Shown here piece by piece: positions 26,156 to 35,891 of a stretch of 64,000 nt of DNA. Location: the NCBI GenBank assembly GCA_046154225.1, contig JBJXEM010000004.1, positions 102 through 64,101 of the forward strand. Direction: 5' to 3'. Both the position numbers and the translations under genes were made by a program. How positions within the stretch are numbered: the stretch's first letter is position 1; the number at the start of each line of letters is the position of its first letter. Below the pieces are notes generated by a model. That model made no database searches, was not told the DNA's origin, and saw nothing but the letters and a program-made list of their open reading frames with translations. Source of the stretch: Rickettsiales bacterium. Its GTDB lineage: Bacteria > Pseudomonadota > Alphaproteobacteria > Rickettsiales > UBA3002.

Positions 26156-27499
26156 ATGGTGCGGCTCCCCCACCTGCCAGCACTTCGCACACAAGGGCCT
26201 TGGCTTTGGCTGGGCTTGTGTGTGCTGTTGACGCTTGGACTCCTGAGCACCGTGATGGACCTCGCCGCCGTGCCCAACACCGAAACGCGACGCGCCAATG
26301 CCAGTGAACAGCGTGTGATTATCGACCCCGCCACGGGGGTGGTAGCCGGGCTGAGCGAGGGTGACACCCCCGGACCCGAGCAGCCGTTTGACGTGGTACC
26401 TGACGTTCCGGGCGAACCGCCCGAACCCAACGCCGAAACGCCTGCCGAGGCAACACCGCCCGAAGCTACGCCGGAAGCCAGCGGTCTGCCGGAAGGCCTG
26501 CCGCTGCTTCGCAGTACAGCACCCGCTAGCGCTTCTGCCACCATTGCCCGCGACCGCAACAGCCTGATCAGCGCCCCCGCACCGGAGGTCACGGAAAAAC
26601 TCGCCGACGGCAGCAAACTACCCAAACGCGGCGATACCGATGCGACGCCCCTCTCGATTTATTCGCAGCCTTTCGTACGCAAACCCGAACAGCAGCGAGT
26701 CGCGATTGTGATACTCGATGCGGGACTCAATGCCAGCAGCCTGCCCCTGCTCACCAGCCTGCCCCGGCAGGTCAGCGTTGCGGTCTCGCCCTACACCCGC
26801 CACGCCGACGCGGTGATTACCCAACTGCGCAACCGTGGCCAGGAAACCTGGGCCATGCTGCCCGTCATGACCGAACGCTACCCCGAAGCCGATCCGGGCC
26901 CATTGGGCCTCATCGCCAACATGCCGCGCGACGAGCAATTGCGCCGCCTGCGCGCGGCCATGAGCGCCACGCTCGGCAGCGTCGGTTTCGTGCTACCGAT
27001 GGATGAAAGCTACAGCCTGAAAAAAGAGGCCTTCGCCGCCACGCTGAAGGAAATCGACGCGCGGGGCATGGTGGTGCTGAGCACGAACGCAAGCCGCAGC
27101 GTCGAGCAACTCACGGCTGATAAAAACCTGCAATCCGTCATTCGCCGCGCCGATTTAGTGATCGACGCCACACCGAACGAAGCGGTGATTCGCAGCACGC
27201 TCGCGGGGTTGGCCGCCACCATCAAAGGTAAAAGCGACACGATTATTCTGGCCAGCGCCCGCCCGCAAACGCTGCTGATTCTCGATGAATGGCTGCAGCA
27301 AAACAGCTTAGCCCCCGCCGAACTGGCACCGCTGAGCGCCATTTACCTGCCCGACCCGGTGCCGGTGGAAGCCCCGGCCGAAAGCGGTGGCCATGGCGAA
27401 GCGCCCGCGCACGGGGCCGAAGCCGCCAAAGACGCCAAACCCGAAGCCCCTAAAGCAGCCGAAAAAGCCGAAAAACCGGCCGCTGCCGGGCACCATTAA
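26156..27499 (+). CDS. divergent polysaccharide deacetylase family protein (YibQ-like) with Pro-rich N-terminal region
   Basis: The central region VAIVILDAGLN...VSVAVSPYT.. matches the YibQ pattern. Its position after ctpA is conserved in alphaproteobacteria. Confidence 0.7.
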   Translation: MVRLPHLPALRTQGPWLWLGLCVLLTLGLLSTVMDLAAVPNTETRRANASEQRVIIDPATGVVAGLSEGDTPGPEQPFDVVPDVPGEPPEPNAETPAEATPPEATPEASGLPEGLPLLRSTAPASASATIARDRNSLISAPAPEVTEKLADGSKLPKRGDTDATPLSIYSQPFVRKPEQQRVAIVILDAGLNASSLPLLTSLPRQVSVAVSPYTRHADAVITQLRNRGQETWAMLPVMTERYPEADPGPLGLIANMPRDEQLRRLRAAMSATLGSVGFVLPMDESYSLKKEAFAATLKEIDARGMVVLSTNASRSVEQLTADKNLQSVIRRADLVIDATPNEAVIRSTLAGLAATIKGKSDTIILASARPQTLLILDEWLQQNSLAPAELAPLSAIYLPDPVPVEAPAESGGHGEAPAHGAEAAKDAKPEAPKAAEKAEKPAAAGHH

Positions 27500-27984
27500 T
27501 GGGCCAGTTTTCGCACCTGCCCTTCCGCCGCGGCGTGGGTATCATGCTGTTTAACACAGAAGGCAAAGTGTTCGCGGCCAAGCGGCTCGACATGATTTCC
27601 GACGCCTGGCAAATGCCGCAAGGCGGTATCGACGACGACGAGCCGCCACGGGCGGCAGCGTTACGTGAATTACAGGAAGAAACCGGCATTCCAGCCGAAA
27701 GCGTCAGTTTCCTCGCCGAATATCCCGGCTGGCTGGATTACGATTTGCCGGATGACTTGCAGCCCCTCATCTGGAAAGGCAAGTTCCGCGGCCAGACGCA
27801 AAAATGGTTCGCCCTGCGCCTGAACGGCGGCGACGCCCTCATCAACATCAACGCCTACGAAACCCCCGAATTTTCGGAATGGAAATGGGTCGACATCCAC
27901 GCATTGCCCGACCTCATCGTCCCCTTCAAACGCGCGCTGTATGCGAAGCTGGTGGCAGAGTTTGTTGATTGTGCCAATGGCTGA
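27499..27984 (+). CDS. rppH: RNA pyrophosphohydrolase (NUDIX)
   Basis: The sequence contains YRRGVGIMLFN, WQMPQGGID and the Nudix box AALRELQEETGI. Confidence 0.88.
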   Translation: MGQFSHLPFRRGVGIMLFNTEGKVFAAKRLDMISDAWQMPQGGIDDDEPPRAAALRELQEETGIPAESVSFLAEYPGWLDYDLPDDLQPLIWKGKFRGQTQKWFALRLNGGDALININAYETPEFSEWKWVDIHALPDLIVPFKRALYAKLVAEFVDCANG

Positions 27985-28009
27985 GTTATGCTAGCATTCT
28001 TACCTATGA

Positions 28010-28846
28010 GCCGACACCCGACACCCGATACCCGACACCCGCCTCGGCTTTAGCCTCGTCGAACTCTCCATTGTTTTGGTCATTCTTGGCCTGCTGACGG
28101 GCGGCATCCTCGCCGGCCAGTCGCTCATCCGCGCGGCACAACTACGATCTGTCAGTACAGAGTATTCACGTTATTACACTGCCACACAGACCTTCCGCGA
28201 TAAATACATGGCCCTTCCTGGAGATATGACAAACGCTACGAAGTTTTGGGGGTTACAAGCTGGGTGTGCTGGTAACTGCCTTACGGTTCCATCAGGTACC
28301 GAGACATTCGACGGGAATGGCGACGGCACGATTCAGTGCATAGGTTGCGATTTAAGCACTACTGGTAATGAAACCTATCGTTTTTGGCAGCAACTTGCGA
28401 ATGCGGGGCTTATTGAGGGCCAATATACAGGCGTACCTGCCGCCGCCCCGGCTTTACCAGAATGGGGGTGGGCATCAAAACTTGGTGTCAATGTCCCAAC
28501 AAGTCGCTTCTCCAACTCGGGATGGAGCATTTTTTGGATCGCCCCCAAGGATATCTCTGATGTTAATTGGTTTGAAGGTGATTACGGTAATATGATGATT
28601 TTTGGTGGTGCGGACAGTACTGGACTGACATGGGTTCCGATGCTTACTCCTGAAGATGCATGGAACATCGATACCAAGTTAGATGATGGAAAGCCTGCAA
28701 CTGGCCGGGTCGTGACCAATGAAAATCAAGGAGGCCAGTGTAGTGATTTAGCGGCCTCTGCTGCTGCATCGCTTGCCGCATCACAATATAAACTGACCAA
28801 TGCTACTATCAGCTGCACACTCGTAATGAAAAGTTCCGCAAATTAA
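28010..28846 (+). CDS. type IV pilin / T2SS pseudopilin-like protein (prepilin N-terminal methylation motif); no in-frame canonical start as sequenced
   Basis: G|FSLVELSIVLVILGLLTGGILAGQSLI at 28046 onward is the class III signal and hydrophobic helix. The only ATGs (27988 and 28006) are in another frame and terminate at TAG 28051-53. GC is lower than in neighbouring genes. Confidence 0.7.
   Translation, partial: ADTRHPIPDTRLGFSLVELSIVLVILGLLTGGILAGQSLIRAAQLRSVSTEYSRYYTATQTFRDKYMALPGDMTNATKFWGLQAGCAGNCLTVPSGTETFDGNGDGTIQCIGCDLSTTGNETYRFWQQLANAGLIEGQYTGVPAAAPALPEWGWASKLGVNVPTSRFSNSGWSIFWIAPKDISDVNWFEGDYGNMMIFGGADSTGLTWVPMLTPEDAWNIDTKLDDGKPATGRVVTNENQGGQCSDLAASAAASLAASQYKLTNATISCTLVMKSSAN
28011..28045 (+). 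repeat. heptanucleotide tandem array (H5, CCGACAC x2, CCGATAC, CCGACAC, degenerate CCGCCTC) inside the pilin leader region
   Basis: Read directly from the sequence. It lies between ATG 28006 and the GFSLVE motif. Confidence 0.85.
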
Positions 28847-28938
28847 AATGCGTATCGTCAAAATGCGATTTCTACAGCCGAAGAATTGAACGTTAACGGC
28901 TCTGGCCCTACGCCCGAATCATCGTGCTTATGGTACTT

Positions 28939-29292
28939 TGTCATCCCGGCGCATGCCGGGATCCGCGCCCCATTAAATTATTTGCTCGTAGAGGTCGACC
29001 CAGTCCGGATTCATCCGGCAGATGGCCTGATATTTGATCGCACGACTCCACCGTTTAATGAGTTTTTCACGGCGTATTGCTTCGGTGATATCGGCATGCA
29101 CTTCGTAATAGACGAGGGTTTTGATACCGTATTTCTTGGTGAAACCTTGAACCAGCCCCTGTTTATGCTCATAGACACGACGCACTAAGTCATTCGTCAC
29201 GCCCACATAGAACGTGCCGTTGCGGCCTGTCGTTAAGATATAAACATAGTAGTTCATTTCAGGCGCGGGCCCCGGCATGCGCCGGGGTGACA
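28939..29292 (-). mobile_element. GIY-YIG cassette 2: nuclease ORF between hairpin-forming terminal inverted repeats
   Basis: TGTCATCCCGGCGCATGCCGGG (28939-28960) matches the reverse complement of 29271-29292 (TGTCACCCCGGCGCATGCCGGG) at 21 of 22 positions. Confidence 0.6.
28973..29257 (-). CDS. GIY-YIG nuclease family protein (second copy)
   Basis: MNYYVYILTTGRNGTFYVGVTNDL..R..EHK...FTKKY...LVYYE...AIRREK.IKRW. By hand alignment, 53 of 92 residues are identical to the copy at 194-481. Confidence 0.85.
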   Translation of the reverse strand: MNYYVYILTTGRNGTFYVGVTNDLVRRVYEHKQGLVQGFTKKYGIKTLVYYEVHADITEAIRREKLIKRWSRAIKYQAICRMNPDWVDLYEQII

Positions 29293-29337
29293 GTTGGTGT
29301 TACAACGACAAACGCATGCTCTTTTTCTTTGGCGCAG

Positions 29338-29361
29338 ACCCCGGCATCCGCCGGGGTGACA
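29338..29361. repeat. solo hairpin of the cassette-2 type
   Basis: ACCCCGGCATCCGCCGGGGTGACA, about 45 bp beyond the right end of cassette 2. Confidence 0.7.
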
Positions 29362-29380
29362 TTTTCTTTTTCAACTAACC

Positions 29381-30286
29381 TTAAGCCCGAATCATCGTGC
29401 TCGCGCCGTGTTCGGTGAAGGTTTCAATGAGCAATACATGAGGGATGCGGCCGTCGAGGATGTGGGCTTGGCTCACGCCTGCTTTCAGGGCATGCACGCA
29501 GGTTTCGACCTTGGGGATCATACCGCCGGTGATGGTGCCGTCGGCAAGCAGCGCGTCGATTTCCGCCGCATCAATCGCGCTGATGAGTTGTTTGTCTTTG
29601 GTTAAAATCCCCGCCACGTCGGTCAGCATCATCAGCTTGGTCGCACCCAATGCGCTCGCGATGGCGCCGGCGGCGGTGTCGGCGTTGATATTATAAGTTT
29701 CGCCGTTCGGGCCCATGCCGATAGGGGCGATGACGGGGATCATGCCGCTCGCCATAATGTTTTGAATCGCCGCGGGGTTGATTTTGGTGGGCTCGCCCAC
29801 GAAGCCTAAATCAAGCACACGCTCGATGTTGCTGTCGGGGTCCTTCTTGGTGCGGCGTAATTGCTGCGCCTCGATGAGGTTGCCGTCCTTGCCGGAAATA
29901 CCAATCGCGGTGCCACCCATTTGGTTGATGGCGGTGACGATTTGTTTGTTGATGCTGCCAGATAATACCATCTCAACAATGTCGACCGCTTCTTCATCCG
30001 TCACGCGCAGTCCGTCGATAAATTCGGATTTGATTTTCAGCCGCTCGAGCATCGCGCCGATTTGCGGTCCGCCACCATGAACCACCACCGGGTTGATGCC
30101 CACGGTTTTTAAAATCACGATGTCGCGCGCGAAAGTTTCCGCCGTGCGGTCATTCCCCATGGCGTTGCCGCCGTATTTGATGACGAACGTGTGGCCCGCA
30201 AACCGCTGGATATAGGGCAGCGCTTCGCTCACCGTTTTGGCGGTGCGCAGTAGCAGTTCCTTGGTTTTTATTGTCTTTATTTCCAT
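29381..30286 (-). CDS. argB: acetylglutamate kinase
   Basis: The sequence contains ALPYIQRF.GHTFVIKYGGNAM and VVHGGGPQI. Confidence 0.95.
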   Translation of the reverse strand: MEIKTIKTKELLLRTAKTVSEALPYIQRFAGHTFVIKYGGNAMGNDRTAETFARDIVILKTVGINPVVVHGGGPQIGAMLERLKIKSEFIDGLRVTDEEAVDIVEMVLSGSINKQIVTAINQMGGTAIGISGKDGNLIEAQQLRRTKKDPDSNIERVLDLGFVGEPTKINPAAIQNIMASGMIPVIAPIGMGPNGETYNINADTAAGAIASALGATKLMMLTDVAGILTKDKQLISAIDAAEIDALLADGTITGGMIPKVETCVHALKAGVSQAHILDGRIPHVLLIETFTEHGASTMIRA

Positions 30287-30292
30287 GAGGGT

Positions 30293-30362
30293 AGCCTACA
30301 GCTTACAGCCCACAGCTTACAGCTTAGCACAAGGGTGCTGTTGGCTGTCGGCTGTTGGCTAC
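30293..30362. repeat. inverted heptanucleotide arrays (H6, unit AGCYTAC / NGGCTGT)
   Basis: AGCCTAC AGCTTAC AGCCCAC AGCTTAC AGCTTAG CAC, then aagg, then GTGCTGT TGGCTGT CGGCTGT TGGCTAC. It overlaps the engB stop and ends 6 nt from the argB start. Confidence 0.8.
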
Positions 30363-30982
30363 TTTCCTATCAACGCCTCAATAACAGCATCGCGTAATTC
30401 GTCAATGCCCTGCTTCGCGCTGGCGCTGGTGCTCACCAAGCCGGGGTGGGCCGCCGGGCGGGCACGGGCGGCCTCCAGCGTGCGGGCTTGCACTTGCGCC
30501 AGTTCGGCGGCGGTGACTTTGTCGATTTTGGTGAGTACGAACTGGTACGACACCGCCGCATCGTCGAGCATTTTGAACATTTCGTCGTCGGCTTTTTTCA
30601 CGCCGTGGCGGGCGTCGACCAGTACAAACGCGCGCGCCAGCTGGCGGCGGCCACGCAGGTAATCGAACAGCAGTCCCTGCCATTTCGCCACGTCGGTTTT
30701 TGAAGCTTTGGCGTAGCCGTAGCCCGGCACGTCGACGAGGTGAAACATATCGCTGAGGTTGAAGAAATTCAGCTGCCGCGTGGCCCCCGGCGTCTGGCTG
30801 GTGCGCGCCAGCGAGCCGTGATTGACGAGCGCGTTGATGAGGCTGGATTTGCCCACATTGCTACGGCCAATCAGCGCCACTTCCGGCAGGTTGAGTTCGG
30901 GGAACTGTTCAAGCGTCGCCACCCCCGCCACGAAATGCACGGGCTTCAAAAACAAGGCGCGGGTGAGCTCGCGCGTTTCCAT
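30359..30982 (-). CDS. engB: ribosome biogenesis GTP-binding protein YihA/EngB
   Basis: The sequence contains GRSNVGKSSLINAL and DVPGYGYA. Confidence 0.9.
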   Translation of the reverse strand: METRELTRALFLKPVHFVAGVATLEQFPELNLPEVALIGRSNVGKSSLINALVNHGSLARTSQTPGATRQLNFFNLSDMFHLVDVPGYGYAKASKTDVAKWQGLLFDYLRGRRQLARAFVLVDARHGVKKADDEMFKMLDDAAVSYQFVLTKIDKVTAAELAQVQARTLEAARARPAAHPGLVSTSASAKQGIDELRDAVIEALIGK

Positions 30983-30986
30983 GCCG

Positions 30987-32699
30987 CTACCGCAAACCCT
31001 TCTTGGTCAGGCCGCGATTGATGTAGAGCTGTTGCAGGATGGTGAGCGTGTTGTTCCACGCCCAGTAAATCACGAGGCCCGCGGGGAAACCTGCGAACAG
31101 GAACAGGAACATGAACGGCATGTAGTTCATCACCATGGCCTGCACTTCGTCGGCCGGTTTGGGGTTGAGGCGCTGCTGGATGACCATGGTAACGCACATC
31201 ACCATGGGCCAGATGCCTAAGTGCAGGAAATGCGGTGCGTCCCACGGAATCAGGCCGAATACGGTGAAAATATTGGTCGGGTCCGGCGCCGACAAATCAT
31301 GAATCCAGCCAAAAAACGGCGCCTGGCGCATTTCGATGGTGACGAACAACACGCGGTAGAGCGCCAGAAACACCGGGATCTGCAGCAGCAGCGGCAGGCA
31401 GCCGGCGGCCGGGTTCACCTTCTCGCGCTTATACAGCGCCATGATTTCCTGGTTCATTTTCATTTTGTCTTTGCCGTAACGCTCGCGCAGTTCGGTGACT
31501 TTCGGCATCAGCTGCTTGGTGCGCGCCATGCTGGTGAGCGATTTGTTGGCCAGCGGAAACAAAACCAGCTTCACGCAGATGGTAAGCAGCAAAATAGCGA
31601 TGCCGAAATTGCCAAACAGCGAGTGGAAGTAATTGAGCGCCAGAAAGAACGGCTTTGTTAGAAAGTACAATGAACCAAAATCCACCGCGCGATCAAACAG
31701 CGGGATGTTGAATTGTGCGCGGTACGCGTCGAGCAGTTTTACTTCCTTGGCGCCCGCGAACAGATGCATGGTGAAATCGGTGGTGGTGCCCGGTGCGATT
31801 TCCAGCGGTTCGCCGCGCAGGTCGCTTTGGTAGGCATCATGCTCGCCGCGCTTGAAATGCTTGAAGCCCGCGTCGAAACTTTCCTTCTCGGGAATAACGG
31901 CTGCCAGCCAGTATTTATCGGTCATGCCGATCCAGCCTGGCGTGTTCTCGAATTTCTGCGGGCCGTCTTCGCGCAATTTTTTGTAGGTGATGTCTTCCAG
32001 CGCATTACGCACCACGCCGAGCGGACCTTCATGCATGAAGTAGGTGTGTGAGCCCGTATCGGTGTAGTTACGGCTGACGAGTGCGTAGGGGTACAACGTC
32101 ACCGCTTTCGCGCCCGTGTTTTTCACCGTGGTGGTGATGGTGAATAAATAATGCGTGTCGAGCGCGATTTTTTTCTCGAACGTCAGGCCCGCACCGTTAT
32201 TCCAGCGGAGGGTGACGGGGCGCTCGGGCGTCAGTTCGGTGCTGTCGCTTTGCCATTGGGTGTTGGCATCCGGCACGCGCACGTCTGTGTCAGCGGGGAG
32301 CACGCCGATTTCACTGAAATACGCCGTGTCGGCCGTCGCCGGGCTGAGCAGGCGCACTTCGGGCGAAGCGGGCTCGGTGGTTTCGTGATACTGGGCGAGG
32401 GTTAAATCGTCGAACCGCGCGCCATGCAGGGCGATGCTGCCATGCAATGCCGCACTGTTGATGCGAATGCGCGGGCCGGTGGGTTCCGTGGCCGTATCGG
32501 TATGGGCGGGTGGCGCTACGGGCGTCACTTCCGCCTTGTGCGACGCTTCTAACTTGGCCGCGGCTTTCTGTGCAACGGCCACCGCCTGCAGGCGCGGGCG
32601 TTCGTAAAAATACTGCCAGCCGAGCATGATGATGGTGGCGGCACCAATCGCGATAATCAGGTTACGTAAATCGGGGGCATTGGGTGTTTGGGGCTGCAT
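30987..32699 (-). CDS. yidC: membrane protein insertase YidC
   Basis: It has an N-terminal TM segment, a large periplasmic domain, and a conserved C-terminal 5-TM core (GCLPLLLQIPVFLALY). The start is taken at MQPQTPN. Confidence 0.92.
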   Translation of the reverse strand: MQPQTPNAPDLRNLIIAIGAATIIMLGWQYFYERPRLQAVAVAQKAAAKLEASHKAEVTPVAPPAHTDTATEPTGPRIRINSAALHGSIALHGARFDDLTLAQYHETTEPASPEVRLLSPATADTAYFSEIGVLPADTDVRVPDANTQWQSDSTELTPERPVTLRWNNGAGLTFEKKIALDTHYLFTITTTVKNTGAKAVTLYPYALVSRNYTDTGSHTYFMHEGPLGVVRNALEDITYKKLREDGPQKFENTPGWIGMTDKYWLAAVIPEKESFDAGFKHFKRGEHDAYQSDLRGEPLEIAPGTTTDFTMHLFAGAKEVKLLDAYRAQFNIPLFDRAVDFGSLYFLTKPFFLALNYFHSLFGNFGIAILLLTICVKLVLFPLANKSLTSMARTKQLMPKVTELRERYGKDKMKMNQEIMALYKREKVNPAAGCLPLLLQIPVFLALYRVLFVTIEMRQAPFFGWIHDLSAPDPTNIFTVFGLIPWDAPHFLHLGIWPMVMCVTMVIQQRLNPKPADEVQAMVMNYMPFMFLFLFAGFPAGLVIYWAWNNTLTILQQLYINRGLTKKGLR

Positions 32700-32703
32700 G
32701 GAC

Positions 32704-32943
32704 TCACTTTTCGGGTAGCTTTTCGGGCACGGGATCGTGGCCCGAACCACCGCCGGGGCGGCAACGGGCAAGGCGTTTTAGGGTAAGCGCGCCGCCCGCG
32801 CAAGCCCCATGTCGGGCGATAGCTTCCACGGCATAATCCGAGCAGCTGGGCAGGTAGCGGCACGCGCGCGGCAGCCAGGGCGACAGCAGCAATTGATACG
32901 CGCGAATCAGCCCCAGTAGCACGGATGTGACCAGCCGTTTCAC
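32704..32943 (-). CDS. yidD: membrane protein insertion efficiency factor YidD
   Basis: The sequence reads [33 protein letters not shown]. Confidence 0.85.
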   Translation of the reverse strand: MKRLVTSVLLGLIRAYQLLLSPWLPRACRYLPSCSDYAVEAIARHGACAGGALTLKRLARCRPGGGSGHDPVPEKLPEK

Positions 32944-33302
32944 GGGTGCTTTCCCGCATAGTCCAGCGCTTCACGCATCGTGGTGCGCAACAGGTCGAAC
33001 GGCACATGTTCCACCTGCGATTTCTCAAGCGCGATAAAAATGTAATCGTAGCCTGCACTTGCTAGCCCGGGGAACAGCTCGCGCACCAGCGCCCTCAGGC
33101 GCCGCTTGATGCGGTTGCGCACCACCGCATTGCCGCATTTAGTAGTAACGGTGTAACCCACACGCGCGCCGGGATTGGGTACATTCGAAGGTGCATAACG
33201 CAGGATAAAAAAAGGGCTGACAAATTTCCGCCCACGGCGCAGGCGCAGGAAGTCCGCGCGATTCTTAAGCGTTGTCAGGGGGATGCTGGGCGCGAGCGCC
33301 AT
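32940..33302 (-). CDS. rnpA: ribonuclease P protein component
   Basis: It contains the [17 protein letters not shown] motif and lies between rpmH and yidD. Confidence 0.85.
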   Translation of the reverse strand: MALAPSIPLTTLKNRADFLRLRRGRKFVSPFFILRYAPSNVPNPGARVGYTVTTKCGNAVVRNRIKRRLRALVRELFPGLASAGYDYIFIALEKSQVEHVPFDLLRTTMREALDYAGKHP

Positions 33303-33317
33303 GCGCTCAATTCGCGG

Positions 33318-33452
33318 CTAGGCGCTGAGGACCTTACGGCCCTTGGCGCGGCGCGAGGCGATAACCTTGCGGCCGCCGACGGTGGCCATACGGGCGCGGA
33401 AGCCATGACGGCGCTTGCGAACGATTTTGCTGGGCTGGTACGTGCGTTTCAT
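33318..33452 (-). CDS. rpmH: 50S ribosomal protein L34
   Basis: [30 protein letters not shown] is a canonical L34 sequence of 44 aa. Confidence 0.95.
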   Translation of the reverse strand: MKRTYQPSKIVRKRRHGFRARMATVGGRKVIASRRAKGRKVLSA

Positions 33453-33486
33453 CACGCGCTCCTTAGTGTTTTTGTAAAGAACGGGG

Positions 33487-33515
33487 CTTGTAAGCCCCCC
33501 GGGCGTGCCTGTCAA
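33487..33515 (-). promoter_or_regulatory. candidate promoter for rpmH-rnpA
   Basis: On the minus strand, TTGACA (33515-33510), a 17-nt spacer, then TACAAG (33492-33487). Confidence 0.3.
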
Positions 33516-33618
33516 GCGCCGGATGCAAGAACGCCACGGGGGATGTATTCTGCAAGCCTTTGGCCTTGGGGCAAAGACATTGCTTTATCTTCACACGGTG
33601 CCCGAGTAATATCGCTTT

Positions 33619-35091
33619 ATGTTCTCGTATTTACGCTATTTCGCGTTAATTAGCTTGCTGTTGGTGATCGTGGGATCGCTGACACTCAGTATCTATTTTC
33701 GCCAGGTAAAAGAGCGCGAATTGCTGGAACTTACCAGCGCGCAGGCCGTCGCCACCACCGCAAGCTACGCCAACACTGTCTGGGCGCGCTATGCGGGCGA
33801 TTTACTCAGCGGCCGCATCGGGGCGATGGACCCGGCCTTCACCGGCGAAACGCAAAAATTCTTTCAGGGCCAGCCGATCAGTAAAATCACCATTTTTTCG
33901 CCCGACGTCACCCGGCTGTATTATGGCTCAACCGCCGTCAATGTCATGAGTGAGGGGATTCGCGTCGGCCTGTTCGATATCCAGAGCCTGAGTCAGGGCA
34001 AAGCGACCAGCCGGTTGCTCAAGGACGTGTATTTTGCCGCGGGTGAAAACGCCAGCGAACCGCGCGTGATGGTGCAGGTACTGGTTCCCATCCTGCATCC
34101 CGGCACCAAAACGCCGGACGCGGATGTCGAACTTTACGTTGATATCGGGCCACAATGGGATGAACTGCAATTCACCCAATACCTCATCATCGGCATTATG
34201 GTGGGCACGTTTGCGGTGCTGATTACGGTACTCACCTTCACCGCCAGCCGCGCCGAGGCCATCATCGCCAAGCAGCACGAAGTCAATCTCGAACTGATTG
34301 CAGCGGCCGCTCAGGCCGAGGCACAAAGCCGTGACAAGTCCCAGTTCCTCGCCAGCGTCAGCCACGAGCTGCGAACGCCACTGAACGCCATCATCGGATT
34401 TTCCGAAATCATCAAGGCCGAGGCGAAACAGAAGCTTGAGAAGGTGTATCAGGATTACATCGAGGATATTTATGCCTCGGGCAAGCACCTGCTCAGCTTG
34501 ATCAACGACATTCTCGATTTCTCGAAGGCGGAAGCGGGCAAACTGCAAATCGAGTGGGCGGAAACCGACGCGAGCAAAGTCATTCGCAATAGCTTGCGCA
34601 TGGTGCTGCCGCGCGCCGAGGCAGGCCAGATCACACTGGTTGAAGATATTCCAACGCAGCATTTGGTGATTGTCACCGATGCAAAAAAACTTAAGCAGGT
34701 GCTGCTCAATCTGCTCAGCAATGCGGTGAAATTTACCCCGGCCGGTGGCGAAGTGCGCTGCCACGCCTGGACCGATGTGGTAACGCACGCATTGGCGATT
34801 CAGGTGAAAGATACCGGCATCGGCATCGCACCCAAAGACATCAGCCGGGTGATGACGCCGTTCGGCCAGGTCGATTCCGCCTTGTCGCGCAAATATGAAG
34901 GCACCGGCCTGGGCTTGCCACTGGCCAAGAAATTCGTCGAGTCGATGGGCGGCACATTCATCATTGAATCCGAATTGCATGTTGGCACTTCGGTCACGAT
35001 TATGATACCCAAAGCGCCCCCGAACTGGGGGCAGCAACCACAGGAGACCGCGCATGTCGCATCAGACAACACCGGCGACCAAGCCGCGTAG
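33619..35091 (+). CDS. membrane sensor histidine kinase
   Basis: It has two TM segments, the H-box [16 protein letters not shown], and N/G boxes ([20 protein letters not shown]). Confidence 0.8.
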   Translation: MFSYLRYFALISLLLVIVGSLTLSIYFRQVKERELLELTSAQAVATTASYANTVWARYAGDLLSGRIGAMDPAFTGETQKFFQGQPISKITIFSPDVTRLYYGSTAVNVMSEGIRVGLFDIQSLSQGKATSRLLKDVYFAAGENASEPRVMVQVLVPILHPGTKTPDADVELYVDIGPQWDELQFTQYLIIGIMVGTFAVLITVLTFTASRAEAIIAKQHEVNLELIAAAAQAEAQSRDKSQFLASVSHELRTPLNAIIGFSEIIKAEAKQKLEKVYQDYIEDIYASGKHLLSLINDILDFSKAEAGKLQIEWAETDASKVIRNSLRMVLPRAEAGQITLVEDIPTQHLVIVTDAKKLKQVLLNLLSNAVKFTPAGGEVRCHAWTDVVTHALAIQVKDTGIGIAPKDISRVMTPFGQVDSALSRKYEGTGLGLPLAKKFVESMGGTFIIESELHVGTSVTIMIPKAPPNWGQQPQETAHVASDNTGDQAA

Positions 35092-35890
35092 CATCCCCGA
35101 AATCCGCGCCGCCAAAGGCCGTGAGAAAATCGTCGTCCTCACCGCCTATACCGCGCCAATGGCCGAATTACTCGACGCGCATTGCGACATGCTGATGGTC
35201 GGCGATTCGCTCGGCATGGTGGTGTATGGGTTCGATTCCACCCTGCCCGTCACGCTCGAGCTGATGATCGCGCATGGCGCGGCAGTCGTCCGCCGCGCCC
35301 GCCACGCCGTGGTAATTGTGGATTTACCCTTTGGCTCGTATCAGGCTTCGCCGGAGCAAGCGTTTATGAGTGCCAGCCGGGTGCTGAAGGAAACCGGTGC
35401 CGCCTGTGTGAAGCTGGAGGGCGGGGCCGAAATGGCCGACACCATCGCCTATCTCAGCGCGCGCGGCATTCCCGTGATGGCCCATGTGGGGTTGATGCCG
35501 CAGCATTTTAACCAGCAAGGCGGCTTCAAAACCCAGGGGCGCGAGTTATCTAGCCACGCCCGCATCCTGAAAGACGCGCGCGCCGTAGCCGAGGCGGGCG
35601 CATTCGCCGTGGTGCTTGAAGGCGTGGTTGAATCGCTTGCAGCTGAAATCACCCGTACCATTTCCATCCCCACCATCGGCATTGGCGCTTCGGCCGAGTG
35701 CGACGGGCAGGTGCTCGTGGTCGACGACATGCTGGGCATGTTCGAACGCAGCCCGCGCTTTGTGAAACAGTATGCGAATCTGCGTGAAACCATCTCCGAC
35801 GCTGCGGCGCGTTACGCCGCCGAAGTGCGCACAGGCGTATTCCCGGGTGAGGCGCACACCTACGGCACGGCGAAAAAATCGAGCGCGTAG
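35054..35890 (+). CDS. panB: 3-methyl-2-oxobutanoate hydroxymethyltransferase
   Basis: The sequence contains [19 protein letters not shown] and VKLEGG. Confidence 0.92.
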   Translation: MSHQTTPATKPRSIPEIRAAKGREKIVVLTAYTAPMAELLDAHCDMLMVGDSLGMVVYGFDSTLPVTLELMIAHGAAVVRRARHAVVIVDLPFGSYQASPEQAFMSASRVLKETGAACVKLEGGAEMADTIAYLSARGIPVMAHVGLMPQHFNQQGGFKTQGRELSSHARILKDARAVAEAGAFAVVLEGVVESLAAEITRTISIPTIGIGASAECDGQVLVVDDMLGMFERSPRFVKQYANLRETISDAAARYAAEVRTGVFPGEAHTYGTAKKSSA

Positions 35891-35891
35891 G

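Noticed and set aside
24669-26192. A 507-aa ORF lies antisense to ctpA. Similar long antisense ORFs occur at 5462-6373 (opposite rplM/rpsI), 33928-35055 (opposite the histidine kinase), 19230-20195 (opposite proA), 3802-4614 (opposite phaC), 10784-11539 (opposite pitA) and 59611-60438 (opposite pepA).
   Set aside because: Each overlaps a sense-strand gene with unmistakable conserved motifs. Their translations are Arg/Ala/Gly/His-rich with no recognisable domains. Long stop-free antisense frames are expected in high-GC DNA.
28886-29188. A 100-aa plus-strand ORF (MNVNGSGPT...VIPAHAGIRAP...) spans the cassette-2 hairpin.
   Set aside because: It reads through the palindromic repeat and lies antisense to the well-supported GIY-YIG gene. 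This is the typical spurious translation of a hairpin element.
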